Below are positions 1 through 10,086 of a stretch of DNA of 32,000 nucleotides, one piece after another. Under the pieces are notes generated by a model. The model had not been told where the DNA came from, did not search any database, and saw only the letters and a list, made by a program, of their open reading frames with translations. A program made the translations under genes and the position numbers. The DNA comes from Methylophaga frappieri. GTDB taxonomy: Bacteria > Pseudomonadota > Gammaproteobacteria > Nitrosococcales > Methylophagaceae. Location of the stretch: the NCBI RefSeq assembly GCF_000260965.1, contig NC_017856.1:2280001-2312000 (forward strand), given 5' to 3'. Within the stretch, counting starts at the first letter, position 1. The number at the start of each line of letters is the position of its first letter.

Positions 1-177
1 CATGGTACGACCTTAATCATTATTTCTCATAAAAAAGGCATTTTGGGTCAGCTGGATAACCTGTTGATGATGCGTGATGGTTATCAAGTGGCTTATGGTT
101 CGAAAGAAGATGTGATGAAGCATATCCAGCAAAGTACGCAAGCAATCAAAAATACTGCAACAACGGCCCAATCATGA
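1..177 (+). CDS. Type I secretion system ABC transporter (ATPase/permease), C-terminal fragment; the gene starts upstream of the window
   Basis: Frame 1 is open from base 1 to TGA at 175-177. It translates to HGTTLIIISHKKGILGQLDNLLMMRDGYQVAYGSKEDVMKHIQQ..., typical of the region after the D-loop/H-loop (IISH) of PrtD/AprD-type exporters. The stop overlaps the ATG of the HlyD-family gene (ATGA). Confidence 0.7.
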   Translation, partial: HGTTLIIISHKKGILGQLDNLLMMRDGYQVAYGSKEDVMKHIQQSTQAIKNTATTAQS

Positions 178-1523
178 AAGATATAACTGAATTTAACAGC
201 GACGCGACGCGGGCTAAAGCGGAGCAGTCCCAATCGTCACTTTCTGTTTCAGACCGGCCTTACCGTTGGTTCGGTGTCTTGGTGTTGTTGCTGACATTTG
301 GGATTTTTGGCGGTTGGGCTTATACCGCCAAAATAGACAATGCGTCACTAGCGCCGGGCTTTGTCAGTGTTAAATACAATAGTAAATCAGTACAGCATTT
401 GGATGGTGGCATCGTGACAGAGCTGAACGTCCGTGAAGGTGATCTGGTCGAAGCGGGAGACGTGCTGATTGTATTGGATGATACACAAATTCGAGCTCAG
501 CGCGATATTACGATGGGACAACTATTGTCTTTGAGTGCTTTGGAGTCGCGTCTCATTGCAGAGCAAACCTGGCAGGAAAAAGTTGATTATCCCGAGTTGT
601 TGCAAGTCGCTGATGATCCGCGGGCGGCCGAAGCCATGATGGTTGAAAATGAAATTTTCAAGGCACGTCGAGAATCCATGACTGGTGAAGTCAAAGTGCT
701 GGAACAACGTATTCAACAATTACGTAATCGGCGCGTGGGTCTGGAAGCGCAACGTGACAGTAATGAAAGGCTGACCAAGTCCCTGACCGAGGAAATCGAT
801 GAGTTGCGTGATCTGCTCAAAGAAGGATTCGCTGAAAAACAACGTCTGCGCGAGCGCGAGCGTCAGTTTAATGAGGCGGAAGGATCTATTGGCGAATTGA
901 CTGCCGAGATTGCGGCCCTTGATGTTCAGATTGGTGAAACCCGACTGGAAATTCTGCAATTGCGTAAAGAACGCAGTGAAGAAGTTGCCACCCGGTTGGC
1001 AGAAGTTCAAAACAGTCTCTTTGATGTCCGTGAAAAACTGACTGCTCAGGAAGATGTATTGAGAAAAACCCAGATTCTAGCACCGGTCACAGGCAAAGTG
1101 CTGGGCTTGGCTGTCCATACAATTGGTGGGGTTATCGGGCCGAGAGAACGAATCATGGAAATTGTGCCTGAAGACGAAGAGTTAGCCATTATTGCTAGAG
1201 TGAATCCGATAGATATTGACCGTGTGTCGGTTGGTCAGTCAGCCGAAGTCCGGTTCAGCGCTTTCCACTTTGGTACGACACCACGCATGTTTGCAGAAGT
1301 GGTTAAAGTATCGCCAGATCGGATTCAAGATAGAGACAGTAAGGAGGTTTATTACGAAGCCCGTCTGGAAGTGACAACCGAGAGTTTGCTGGAGATGAAT
1401 AATTTGGTCGTTTTACCGGGTATGCCGGCCGAGGTGTTGATTTCATCCGGTGAGCGCACTCTCTTTGAATATCTGTCCAAACCGGTGACCGATGCCTTCT
1501 CCCGTGCTTTTTTAGAAGAATAG
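174..1523 (+). CDS. HlyD-family type I secretion membrane fusion (periplasmic adaptor) protein
   Basis: 449 aa. It has one N-terminal TM segment (WFGVLVLLLTFGIFGGWAY), a lipoyl-like VQHLDGGIV..L.V.EGD.V..GDVLI.LD motif, a long E/Q/R-rich coiled coil, and a C-terminal beta-barrel ending in LPGMPAEV. The ABC-MFP-OMP gene order matches PrtDEF/AprDEF/RsaDE. Confidence 0.9.
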   Translation: MKDITEFNSDATRAKAEQSQSSLSVSDRPYRWFGVLVLLLTFGIFGGWAYTAKIDNASLAPGFVSVKYNSKSVQHLDGGIVTELNVREGDLVEAGDVLIVLDDTQIRAQRDITMGQLLSLSALESRLIAEQTWQEKVDYPELLQVADDPRAAEAMMVENEIFKARRESMTGEVKVLEQRIQQLRNRRVGLEAQRDSNERLTKSLTEEIDELRDLLKEGFAEKQRLRERERQFNEAEGSIGELTAEIAALDVQIGETRLEILQLRKERSEEVATRLAEVQNSLFDVREKLTAQEDVLRKTQILAPVTGKVLGLAVHTIGGVIGPRERIMEIVPEDEELAIIARVNPIDIDRVSVGQSAEVRFSAFHFGTTPRMFAEVVKVSPDRIQDRDSKEVYYEARLEVTTESLLEMNNLVVLPGMPAEVLISSGERTLFEYLSKPVTDAFSRAFLEE

Positions 1524-1535
1524 CGAGCCTAGACT

Positions 1536-2843
1536 ATGTTGCGAAGACCGTCTTTTTTTCTAGTCATACTTCTTACAGTCAGTTTTTCAAAGCAGATATT
1601 GGCGCAGGATCTGGTCGCCATCTATCAACAGGTTGAACTGTCTGATCCTCGTTTGTTGATCGGCCATCAAAATTACCAGATCGGCGAAGCCCGACAGCGG
1701 CAAGCCTTAGGTGAGTTATTGCCACAGGCCAACTTTAGCAGCAGTCTGACCAGTACAGAGCGGGAGGTGGATGACCTCGACTCGTTCGAGCAATTTGGTG
1801 GTGAACGTTATGCCATCTCCGTGCGTCAACCGTTATTCAATATGGAGCGGTTTCGTTCATGGCAACGGGCCAAATCCGTTACCGAACAGTTTGGTTATAA
1901 ACGTGACGATACGGTAGCTAAGGTAAGGCTGGATACAATTGAACGTTATTTTCAATATCTAAAAGCCAAAGATGAATTAAACCTGATCACTGAAGACAAG
2001 GCTGATACCAAACTGAGACTCGAACAAACGCAGGCATTGTTTGATAAAAATCTGGTCCGCATAACCGAGTTACTGGAAGTCCAGTCGTCGTTGGATTTAC
2101 TGGAAGCACAGGAAATTAGCGCAGAACAAACGCTGGAAATGGCGCGCGAAAGTTTAATTGAAATTACTGGCCAGCCAGTCAGTTATGTGGCCCAGTTGCG
2201 GGAAGAGACGAACTTTGCCAGACCGGAAATGAGCGTTGATGAATTACTGGATCGGGCCATGCTGCACAACCCGGCGCTCAATGCATTAGGGTCGGAAATT
2301 GATGCCGCTAAAAAGAATATTCAAAGTAAACGTGCGCAGCATTTGCCAACGGTCAATCTGGAACTGAGCAAACAGGAAACCGACATTGGTTTTGATAACA
2401 CGCAGACACCGAAAAGCGACAGCGAAGTTATTTCATTGAGTATTAATGTGCCGATTTATTCTGGTGGTGTCACTTCAGCGCGTGTTGAAGAGTCTGCAAG
2501 ACAGCTAGTTGTCAGTCAGGCCACATTAGATCAGACACGTAGAGAGATTATCAAAGAACTCAAAGATATGTTTTTCGGCATGCGCTCGACCCTGAGACAG
2601 ATTGAAGCGACTGATAAAGCGATTACCTCGGCCAGTAAATCCCTGGAAGCCATGAATCGCGGCTTTGAACTCGGAATGAGCACAATTTCTGATGTTTTAG
2701 ATGCGCAAAAAGAGTTATTGAGCGCCAAACGCAGTCACCAGCAAGCACGATATGATTATGTCATTACTAGAGCCAGACTGGCTTTTCTCTCTGGTGGAAT
2801 GGATGAGCAGGTGATGGCTGAAATTAACAGCTGGTTAGACTGA
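1536..2843 (+). CDS. TolC-family type I secretion outer-membrane channel
   Basis: 435 aa with a signal peptide (LVILLTVSFSKQILAQDL). The N-terminal LVAIYQQVELSDPRLL motif and the two-fold repeated coiled-coil/OEP architecture are typical of TolC/PrtF/AprF. It sits directly after the MFP gene. Confidence 0.9.
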   Translation: MLRRPSFFLVILLTVSFSKQILAQDLVAIYQQVELSDPRLLIGHQNYQIGEARQRQALGELLPQANFSSSLTSTEREVDDLDSFEQFGGERYAISVRQPLFNMERFRSWQRAKSVTEQFGYKRDDTVAKVRLDTIERYFQYLKAKDELNLITEDKADTKLRLEQTQALFDKNLVRITELLEVQSSLDLLEAQEISAEQTLEMARESLIEITGQPVSYVAQLREETNFARPEMSVDELLDRAMLHNPALNALGSEIDAAKKNIQSKRAQHLPTVNLELSKQETDIGFDNTQTPKSDSEVISLSINVPIYSGGVTSARVEESARQLVVSQATLDQTRREIIKELKDMFFGMRSTLRQIEATDKAITSASKSLEAMNRGFELGMSTISDVLDAQKELLSAKRSHQQARYDYVITRARLAFLSGGMDEQVMAEINSWLD

Positions 2844-2846
2844 TCC

Positions 2847-3956
2847 TTGAACATACTTCATGTTTATAAATGTGCCTTGCCACTCAGTACCGGTGGCATT
2901 GAGCATGTGATCGAAGAGCTGTGTCAGCAGACCATCAAATTCGGTCACCGCAATACCATTGTTTGTCTGTCCGATAAGGTTGCCGACAAACAAACGATGG
3001 ATTTGCCCTACGGACAATTAATCGTATTTCCACAAAATGTCGAAATTGCTTCCTGTGGATTTTCCCTTTCGTTGCTGAAGGCATTTCGCCAACTGGCGCA
3101 ACAACATGATATTTTGCATTTTCAGTTTCCCTGGCCGTTTGCCGATGTATTGGCAATGCTGACGAATCGGCCTTATGTTGTCACCTATCAATCCGATATT
3201 GTTCGTCAGCGTGGCTGGTTGAAGCTGTACCGGCCATTGATGAAACGTTTTTTATCCCGCGCGGCAGCCGTGACGGCCAGTTCGCCTAACCTGCTTAAAA
3301 ATAGTCCGGTATTAAGCCAGTTAACCAAAACCCCCGTTGTCATTCCTAATGGCATTGGGGACGAAATACCCGCATTGGATACGGCCTTGGTAGCGCGTTT
3401 TTCGGCTCAGTTACCGGATAAATTTATCCTGTTTATTGGCGCTTTTCGCTATTACAAGGGCATTGATACCTTGATTGAGGCAGCCGCCAAAACAGCAGTA
3501 CATATTGTGATTTGTGGTGATGGACCGTTGCGTCAGACTTTCGAATCGCAAATTGAAGCGCAACAACTGGATAACGTAACATTATTGGGCTTTGTTGAAG
3601 AAGGCGAAAAAAATGCCTTGCTCAGTTTATGTACCGCGCTGGTTTTGCCTTCAGGTTACGCTTCGGAAGCGTATGGGATGGTATTGGTTGAAGCGGCCAG
3701 AATGGGGAAACCGTTAATTTCGACTGAGCTAGGCACGGGGACAACCTTTATTAATCAGGCCGATAAGACAGGGCTAGTCTTGCCACCCGGTGATGCTGAG
3801 AAATTGGCGTCAGCCATGACCTGGTTGAGTGAGCATCCCGAGCAGGCCACAGAAATGGGCCAAGCCAGTCGACAACGATTTGCTGATCACCTCACAGCAA
3901 GCCGCATGGGCGTGGCTTATGATGGCCTTTACCGCAGCATCATGGCGGCTGTCTGA
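2847..3956 (+). CDS. GT-B fold (GT4 family) glycosyltransferase, rhamnosyl/mannosyltransferase-like (WbpZ-like N-terminus)
   Basis: 369 aa with a TTG start 3 nt after the tolC-like stop. The N-terminal MNILHVYKC..STGGIEHVIEEL matches the M(K/R)ILHVYK..GGIE signature of this GT class. The C-terminal part carries the SEAYGMVLVEAARMGKPLIST (E-x7-E) region. Confidence 0.85.
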   Translation: MNILHVYKCALPLSTGGIEHVIEELCQQTIKFGHRNTIVCLSDKVADKQTMDLPYGQLIVFPQNVEIASCGFSLSLLKAFRQLAQQHDILHFQFPWPFADVLAMLTNRPYVVTYQSDIVRQRGWLKLYRPLMKRFLSRAAAVTASSPNLLKNSPVLSQLTKTPVVIPNGIGDEIPALDTALVARFSAQLPDKFILFIGAFRYYKGIDTLIEAAAKTAVHIVICGDGPLRQTFESQIEAQQLDNVTLLGFVEEGEKNALLSLCTALVLPSGYASEAYGMVLVEAARMGKPLISTELGTGTTFINQADKTGLVLPPGDAEKLASAMTWLSEHPEQATEMGQASRQRFADHLTASRMGVAYDGLYRSIMAAV

Positions 3957-5038
3957 CCGATGTCACAGCGGCCTGCCCAGACAACAACAAAGGAACCGAC
4001 ATTGAAAACGGCGATAATTACCGGGATAACGGGCCAGGACGGCGCTTACCTTGCAGACCTGCTACTTGGCAAAGGTTACCGCGTGATAGGCACCTACCGT
4101 CGCAGCAGCTCCGTCAACTTCTGGCGTCTGGACATGCTGGGCGTTCGCCACCACCCGGATCTGCAACTTCGCGAATTTGACCTGACCGACCTCAGCAACT
4201 GCATTCGGCTGTTATCAGACAGCCAACCAGACGAAGTCTACAACCTGGCAGCACAAAGCTTTGTTGGCGTCTCCTTTGAACAACCGTTGACCACTGCCGA
4301 CATCAGCGGTATTGGTGTCTTAAACCTGCTGGAAGCCATTCGCATCGTTGACAAAGGGATCCGCTTTTATCAAGCCAGCACCTCCGAACTGTACGGCAAA
4401 GTCCAACAAATCCCCCAAACCGAAGACACCCCTTTTTACCCGCGCAGCCCCTATGCTGTTGCCAAACTGTTCGGTCACTGGAGCGTTGTCAACTACCGCG
4501 AATCCTACGACCTGTTTGCCAGCAGTGGCATCCTGTTCAACCACGAATCCCCATTACGCGGCAAAGAATTCGTCACCCGCAAAATCACCGACCGGGTTGC
4601 CCGCCTGGCCGATGGCGACCCGGCACCGTTACGGCTTGGCAACATGGACGCCAAACGAGACTGGGGCTATGCCAAAGAATACGTTGACGGCATGTGGCGC
4701 ATGCTGCAACACGAGCGTGCTGACACCTTCGTACTGGCGACTAATGAAACCCACTCCGTGCGTGACTTTGTCAGCTGGGCATTTGCCGCTGTTGACAAAC
4801 ACATTGACTGGCAGGGCAGTGGTGACACCGAACAAGGCCGAGACAGTCAAACGGGTCAATTACTGGTTGAAGTAGACCCGGCATTTTACCGTCCTGCGGA
4901 AGTCGAACTGCTGATAGGCGACTATCGCAAGGCAAAAGAGGCACTGGGCTGGTCGCCGCAGACCGACGTTGCGCAGTTATGCAAGATGATGGTTGACAGT
5001 GATCGGCAGAAGATTGCCAATGGGGTGTCGTTTTGACG
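3886..5038 (+). repeat. Direct repeat copy A (~1153 bp): last ~71 nt of the GT gene plus the whole of gmd
   Basis: Aligns without indels to 11138-12290 at a constant offset of 7252 bp. By eye I found about a dozen substitutions, clustered near the 5' end, and only one amino-acid change in Gmd (D32E). Confidence 0.9.
3960..5036 (+). CDS. gmd: GDP-mannose 4,6-dehydratase (copy 1)
   Basis: 358 aa. Contains [13 protein letters not shown] (Rossmann GxxGxxG), [34 protein letters not shown] (YxxxK), [20 protein letters not shown] and [14 protein letters not shown] motifs, colinear with bacterial Gmd (e.g. the P. aeruginosa type). Confidence 0.95.
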   Translation: MSQRPAQTTTKEPTLKTAIITGITGQDGAYLADLLLGKGYRVIGTYRRSSSVNFWRLDMLGVRHHPDLQLREFDLTDLSNCIRLLSDSQPDEVYNLAAQSFVGVSFEQPLTTADISGIGVLNLLEAIRIVDKGIRFYQASTSELYGKVQQIPQTEDTPFYPRSPYAVAKLFGHWSVVNYRESYDLFASSGILFNHESPLRGKEFVTRKITDRVARLADGDPAPLRLGNMDAKRDWGYAKEYVDGMWRMLQHERADTFVLATNETHSVRDFVSWAFAAVDKHIDWQGSGDTEQGRDSQTGQLLVEVDPAFYRPAEVELLIGDYRKAKEALGWSPQTDVAQLCKMMVDSDRQKIANGVSF

Positions 5039-5107
5039 ATCAGATCGGTGAGACAAGCAGACCTGTTGGTAGATCAGGTGACACCTTAAGGCGAGGAAAT
5101 CAGGCTT

Positions 5108-5893
5108 ATGCTGCGTTCAATCTGGCATTATCGCGGGTTCATTTTTTCCTCGATTCGACACGAGTTCAGACTCCGTTTTGTGCGCAGTAAACTGGGCGGG
5201 CTATGGATTATTATCAGTCCCTTGGCGCAGATCGCTATTTATGCCATCGTCTTATCCAGCGTGTTGTCTGCCAAATTGCAAGGCGTCGAAAATACGCATG
5301 CCTATGCTATTTATCTGATTACCGGCATTTTTGCCTGGAGTTTTTTCTCGGAAATCATGAGCCGGTGTCTGACGGTCTATCTCGATAATGCCAATCTGAT
5401 TAAAAAAATCCGCTTTCCAAAGAGTGCGCTGCCCATCATTATCCTCGGCGGCAGCCTGATGAATAGTCTATTTTTATTCATGGCTGTAGTCGTTATTTAC
5501 ATGATCATGGGGCATTATCCAGATATACATTATTGGGCGCTCATCCCGGTCACGCTGGTGATGATGCTGTTTGCCATGGGCGTGGGGCTGATTTTAGGGG
5601 TGTTAAATGTGTTTATCCGCGATATCAGTCAGATCTTCCCGATACTGCTGCAATTAGGCTTCTGGTTAACACCGATTATTTATCCGATTAATATCTTGCC
5701 CGAGTCAGTGCAGTATTTGGTGCAATTTAATCCGTTATTTCATCTGATGGACAGCTATCATCAAATCATGGTGTATCAGGCGTATCCCGATTGGCAATCA
5801 CTGGGCGTGATGCTGCTCATCAGCTTGGGCTTATTAGCGCTTGCAATGACCTTGGTGCGGCGATCCGGCCCGCAAATGGTTGACGTGTTATGA
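5108..5893 (+). CDS. wzm: ABC-2 type polysaccharide/O-antigen export permease (Wzm-like)
   Basis: 261 aa and about 6 TM segments. The N-terminal LWHYRGFIFSSIRHEFRLRFVRSKLGGLWIIISPL motif is typical of Wzm/KpsM/TagG permeases. It overlaps the downstream ATPase gene (ATGA). Confidence 0.85.
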   Translation: MLRSIWHYRGFIFSSIRHEFRLRFVRSKLGGLWIIISPLAQIAIYAIVLSSVLSAKLQGVENTHAYAIYLITGIFAWSFFSEIMSRCLTVYLDNANLIKKIRFPKSALPIIILGGSLMNSLFLFMAVVVIYMIMGHYPDIHYWALIPVTLVMMLFAMGVGLILGVLNVFIRDISQIFPILLQLGFWLTPIIYPINILPESVQYLVQFNPLFHLMDSYHQIMVYQAYPDWQSLGVMLLISLGLLALAMTLVRRSGPQMVDVL

Positions 5894-7119
5894 CCTTATT
5901 ATCGGTCAAAAATCTGAGTAAAACCTATGTGCAATATCGATCTGAGTTGCATCGTATCGCCAGTTGGTTCGGTTGGCGCAATGCGCCGGTAACCACGATA
6001 CCGGTATTGCAGGACATCAGTTTTGATATCAGCCAAGGGGAATCGGTAGGCATTATTGGTCAGAATGGTGCCGGTAAATCCACTTTGCTCAAGCTGATTG
6101 TTGGCACTTTGCAAAAAACATCGGGTGATATCAACCAGTATGGGCGTATCTCTGCGATTCTGGAATTGGGCATGGGCTTTAATCCGGATTTGACTGGCAG
6201 GCAAAACGTACGTCATGCGGCAGGTTTGATGGGGTTTCATCCCAATGAAATTGAGACCATGCTGCCCGACATCGAAGACTTCGCTGAAATTGGTGACAAA
6301 TTTGATGCTCCGGTGCGGACGTATTCTACTGGTATGCAAATGCGGGTGGCGTTTGCGGTAGCCACGGCAGTGCGGCCAGATTTGCTGATAATTGATGAAG
6401 CTTTATCAGTGGGTGATAGCTATTTTCAGCATAAAAGCTTCGATCGCATCAAAGACTTTACCCGGCGTGGCACTTCTCTGTTAATTGTTTCGCATGACAT
6501 TAACGCTGTTTTATCCTTATGTAATCGCGCAATTTTATTGGATAACGGCAAGCTGCTGCGCGATGGTGAGCCGGAAATGATTATGGATTATTACAATGCC
6601 ATTATCGCTAAAAAAGAACGCAGCAAATTACAGGTGACACAAGTTGCCGATGGCCGGCAGCAGATCATTTCCGGGACGGGAGAAGTCCGGATCGAAAAAG
6701 TCCGACTCTGTGGAGAGGATGGCGCTGATATCAGCAATGTGCCCATTGGCGAACAGGTCACGTTGGAAGTCGCGACTTATGTCGAACAAGCGGTTGATGA
6801 GCTGGTGGTGGGCTACATGATCAAAGACCGACTGGGTCAGCAGGTCTTTGGTACGAATACCCACTATCTCAAAGCGACGTTGCATGATTTGAAGCCGGGC
6901 GACACACCGATTATTCGATTTACGTTTGAGGCCAATATGGGCGCTGGTAGTTATGCCGTCACTGTCGCCTTGCATAGCAGTGAAAATCATCTCAATGATA
7001 ATTATGAGTGGCGTGATATGGCGCTGGTTTTTTCTGTCATTAGCCTGCAAAAACTGACTTTTTTTGGTTATAACTGGCTACCACCGACGGTGACGACCAC
7101 TACCGATAAATCAGCGTAA
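5890..7119 (+). CDS. wzt: Polysaccharide export ABC ATPase (Wzt-like) with a C-terminal glycan-binding-type extension
   Basis: 409 aa. Contains Walker A GQNGAGKST, signature YSTGMQMR, Walker B LLIIDEALSVGD and H-loop VSHD. The ~160-aa C-terminal beta-rich extension (GTGEVRIEKVRL...GSYAVTVALHS) resembles the Wzt_C carbohydrate-binding module. Confidence 0.9.
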   Translation: MTLLSVKNLSKTYVQYRSELHRIASWFGWRNAPVTTIPVLQDISFDISQGESVGIIGQNGAGKSTLLKLIVGTLQKTSGDINQYGRISAILELGMGFNPDLTGRQNVRHAAGLMGFHPNEIETMLPDIEDFAEIGDKFDAPVRTYSTGMQMRVAFAVATAVRPDLLIIDEALSVGDSYFQHKSFDRIKDFTRRGTSLLIVSHDINAVLSLCNRAILLDNGKLLRDGEPEMIMDYYNAIIAKKERSKLQVTQVADGRQQIISGTGEVRIEKVRLCGEDGADISNVPIGEQVTLEVATYVEQAVDELVVGYMIKDRLGQQVFGTNTHYLKATLHDLKPGDTPIIRFTFEANMGAGSYAVTVALHSSENHLNDNYEWRDMALVFSVISLQKLTFFGYNWLPPTVTTTTDKSA

Positions 7120-7171
7120 ATCATGTCTTGCAACGTGATGAACGATCAGTAAAAGGGTTGGGTTTACCACC

Positions 7172-8347
7172 ATGCATATTTTGTTACTGACTACTTATCC
7201 GGTCGCAGTGCCTCGACATGGCGGGCAGATTCGGGCAGCAGAAATTGCCCGCTTTTATCGTCAGCAAGGGCATTCAGTGCAAGTCGCGGGTGTGCTTGGT
7301 TCGGCAACCTATGCATCGGCACCCGGCTTTGTGCCTTTCCCGGATGAAAAACAATTGAATCAATGGGCGGATCCGCTGTTTCTGATGGAAGATGTCGCCA
7401 TCGGTGAACACTTTTTGAAAAATGATGATGCCTTTGCCGCCCTCAGTCGTGTCATTCAACCCGTTCCTGATGTTATTCATGTCGAACAACCGTGGCTAAT
7501 GGGCTTTGCTCAGCGGTTTATTCAACAAACGCACGCTAGTGCTCCGTTGATTTACGGTTCGCAAAATATTGAAGCGCCATTGAAGGCGGCCATTGTCAAA
7601 ACCTACTATGGTCAGCAGATCGCGGAAAATCAGGCACAGCAAGTCAGGGCGATGGAAAATGCGGCCATTGAAATGGCGGATTCGGTGAGCTGTGTTTCGG
7701 AAGAAGATGCGCTGTACACGCGGCAACGCACGTCAAAACCGGTTGTGGTTGCACCCAATGGGGTCACAGAATGCCATGCCGATAAAGCTGCCTTTGCCGC
7801 TGCGGCCAAGATGAGCCAGGGTCGGCAATATGCGTTGTATTGTGCCAGTGCGCATCCACCGAATATTCACGGTTTTTTTGACTGGTTAGGTGGCAGTAAC
7901 GGTGCGTTAGATCACGACCAGCGTATTATCGTCGCAGGCTCTGCCGGGCAAGCCATTCAGGATGATGACCGTTTTCATCAATCGCCGGGGTTACCAGCAG
8001 TCTTTATTCAGGCCGGATTGGTTGATGACAGCACGTTAGCAGGATTAATTGCTGGCGCACATGCCATGATTCTGCCAATTAGCGCCGGTGGCGGCACTAA
8101 TTTAAAAACAGCCGAAGCCCTTTACAGTGGACAACATGTGTTGGCATCGCCAAAAGCCATGCGCGGATTTGAGCCTTTTGAAAACGATGCCGGTGTGGTC
8201 ATTGCGGAATCCGCCGGTCAATTCAAGCGACAACTTCGCCACATGATGGCACAACCACCCTTGCAGCTTGATGCAACAGCACGTCAATCACGTCAGTCAT
8301 TACGCTGGTCACACTGTTTGCAACCCTTGGGAGATCTGATTTCATGA
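7172..8347 (+). CDS. Putative GT-B fold glycosyltransferase (divergent GT4-like)
   Basis: 391 aa. The N-terminal MHILLLTTYP..PRHGGQIR and the C-terminal ILPISAGGGTNLKTAEAL motifs resemble group-1 glycosyltransferases. It is translationally coupled (ATGA) to the next GT gene. Confidence 0.6.
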   Translation: MHILLLTTYPVAVPRHGGQIRAAEIARFYRQQGHSVQVAGVLGSATYASAPGFVPFPDEKQLNQWADPLFLMEDVAIGEHFLKNDDAFAALSRVIQPVPDVIHVEQPWLMGFAQRFIQQTHASAPLIYGSQNIEAPLKAAIVKTYYGQQIAENQAQQVRAMENAAIEMADSVSCVSEEDALYTRQRTSKPVVVAPNGVTECHADKAAFAAAAKMSQGRQYALYCASAHPPNIHGFFDWLGGSNGALDHDQRIIVAGSAGQAIQDDDRFHQSPGLPAVFIQAGLVDDSTLAGLIAGAHAMILPISAGGGTNLKTAEALYSGQHVLASPKAMRGFEPFENDAGVVIAESAGQFKRQLRHMMAQPPLQLDATARQSRQSLRWSHCLQPLGDLIS

Positions 8348-10086
8348 GTCAACCCGTTATCTGGGTCAACATTACCACCAGCTATCACTGGCAACGTGCC
8401 GCGGTTGGTATTGTGCGCGTTGAATCAGAATTGGCTAGTCACTTACCGTCTGTGTTTTCGGATGCGAAAGTGAAATATTGCATTTGGGACAATGATCGTT
8501 TTGTCGAAGTTACCCAGCGCAAACATCCGCAAAAACAGGCAAAACCGGTCACACCAACAGCGGCACCACAAGCGTATCGAAGTCCGCTTAGTAAACGCGA
8601 TGCTCTAAAGCATATTGCCGCTGGTTTTCTCGCGCTGCTACCGGGACGTTGGCAACCCTTTGTTCGTCGAAGCTTAATTCGGATGAATCAGTTGCGACAC
8701 CGGGTAATACAACGTTGGCAGCAGTGGCGTGCCATGAAAGCCAAACCGGCCCCAACGCGACCGGCTAAAGCCAAGACAGACCCAAAGCCGACCTCTACGA
8801 TCTTTGCGCCAGGAGAGGTGCTGATTACCGTCGGACTGGACTGGAATTACCCGTATCGCCCGGAACTGCGCAAACTGAAAGCACAACAAGGCCTGCGTAT
8901 CGTCAGTTGTTGTTATGACCTGATACCAGTCTATTATCCGCAATACTGTGTCGGTGATGTCGCTTCTGTCTTCAGCGAATATTTTCTGGATATGGCGCGG
9001 CTGTCGGATTTAATCATGTGTATTTCCGAGCAGACTCGGCAGGATTTGCGCAGTCACTTGCTGGATGCCGGCGCACCGTTGCCGCCGGCAGAGGTGTTTC
9101 GACTCGGTGATGACAGTGTTGCCGAAACCGTCGACAAGCCGCTTGATGACGAGATAGCGACCATCATGGCAGCGCCCTATATCCTGTTTGTCTCTACCAT
9201 CGAACGACGCAAAAATCATCAAGTGTTGTATCTGGCTTATCATTTGCTGGCGAAAGCCGGTCATATTAATGACATACCACAAATGGTCTGGGTGGGGATG
9301 CCCGGCTGGGGCACGTCAGAGTTACTGGAAGATGTGCGTTTGGATCCGCTGCTGAAAGGCAAAATCACGTTATGTCATCATGTCAGTGATGCCGCTTTGG
9401 CGGCACTTTATCAGCAGGCGACATTGACGGTATTCCCGTCTTATTACGAGGGCTGGGGATTGCCGGTCGCAGAGTCATTGGCGCATGGCACACCAGTAAT
9501 CAGTTCCGATCGTGGCTCACTGCCCGAAGTCGGCGGTGATTGGGTGCAATATTGTGACCCGATGACGCCACAGGCTTGGGCGAATGCGATTTTACATTGG
9601 TCGCGTAATCCTGCTGCTTTGCAGGACTGGCGCGACCAACTGCGTGCCGCGTATCGGCCACAACCCTGGTCGGCGGCAATCACCGAAATTGCAACGTCGA
9701 TTCAAGCCATATTGGCGCAACCTGCTATCAGTCATACTGGCTACGCGGGTTACGACATGACTTGCTTGGCAGGTTATCAGGCGGGTTCAACGATTATCAG
9801 TGAACAACCTGCCAATCCGCTTTGTCGCAGTCGGGCTTATCGCCTTGCCCCCGGCGGGTATCAACTGACGATTTGGGCCGATGCCACTACGCAACAAAAT
9901 TTGAGTGTGCGCTTAATTAGCGATGATTTGGTGTTGCTTGAAGAAAATTTGCCATGGGATAAGGAAACCAGCGAACAATCATGTCGCTTTCAAGTTGACT
10001 CAACCGCTATGGTGCAATTACTGATTGGCCATGATGGACCGGCGTTAACCTGCCGACAGTTTCGCTTTGAACCGGTGACAGACTGA
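8344..10086 (+). CDS. Glycosyltransferase family 1 (GT4) protein with a K/P/A-rich linker and an extra ~110-aa C-terminal domain
   Basis: 580 aa. Contains FVSTIERRKNH, FPSYYEGWGLPVAESLAHGTPVISSDRGSLPEVGG (E-x7-E). This pattern is typical of WbdA/WbpX-type mannosyl/rhamnosyltransferases in ABC-dependent O-antigen clusters. Confidence 0.8.
   Translation: MSQPVIWVNITTSYHWQRAAVGIVRVESELASHLPSVFSDAKVKYCIWDNDRFVEVTQRKHPQKQAKPVTPTAAPQAYRSPLSKRDALKHIAAGFLALLPGRWQPFVRRSLIRMNQLRHRVIQRWQQWRAMKAKPAPTRPAKAKTDPKPTSTIFAPGEVLITVGLDWNYPYRPELRKLKAQQGLRIVSCCYDLIPVYYPQYCVGDVASVFSEYFLDMARLSDLIMCISEQTRQDLRSHLLDAGAPLPPAEVFRLGDDSVAETVDKPLDDEIATIMAAPYILFVSTIERRKNHQVLYLAYHLLAKAGHINDIPQMVWVGMPGWGTSELLEDVRLDPLLKGKITLCHHVSDAALAALYQQATLTVFPSYYEGWGLPVAESLAHGTPVISSDRGSLPEVGGDWVQYCDPMTPQAWANAILHWSRNPAALQDWRDQLRAAYRPQPWSAAITEIATSIQAILAQPAISHTGYAGYDMTCLAGYQAGSTIISEQPANPLCRSRAYRLAPGGYQLTIWADATTQQNLSVRLISDDLVLLEENLPWDKETSEQSCRFQVDSTAMVQLLIGHDGPALTCRQFRFEPVTD

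Noticed and set aside
4348-4875. A 175-aa + strand ORF in an alternative frame inside gmd, duplicated at 11600..12127, together with the antisense ORFs 4320..4544 and 4629..4859.
   Set aside because: They lie entirely within a confidently identified gmd frame. Their composition is low-complexity and P/T/A/C-rich, they have no RBS, and they are best explained by the GC3-rich codon usage of gmd.
5899-7050. Minus-strand ORFs of 146 aa (5899..6339) and 140 aa (6628..7050) antisense to wzt.
   Set aside because: The sense frame carries Walker A, Walker B, signature and H-loop motifs. The antisense products have no recognisable features.
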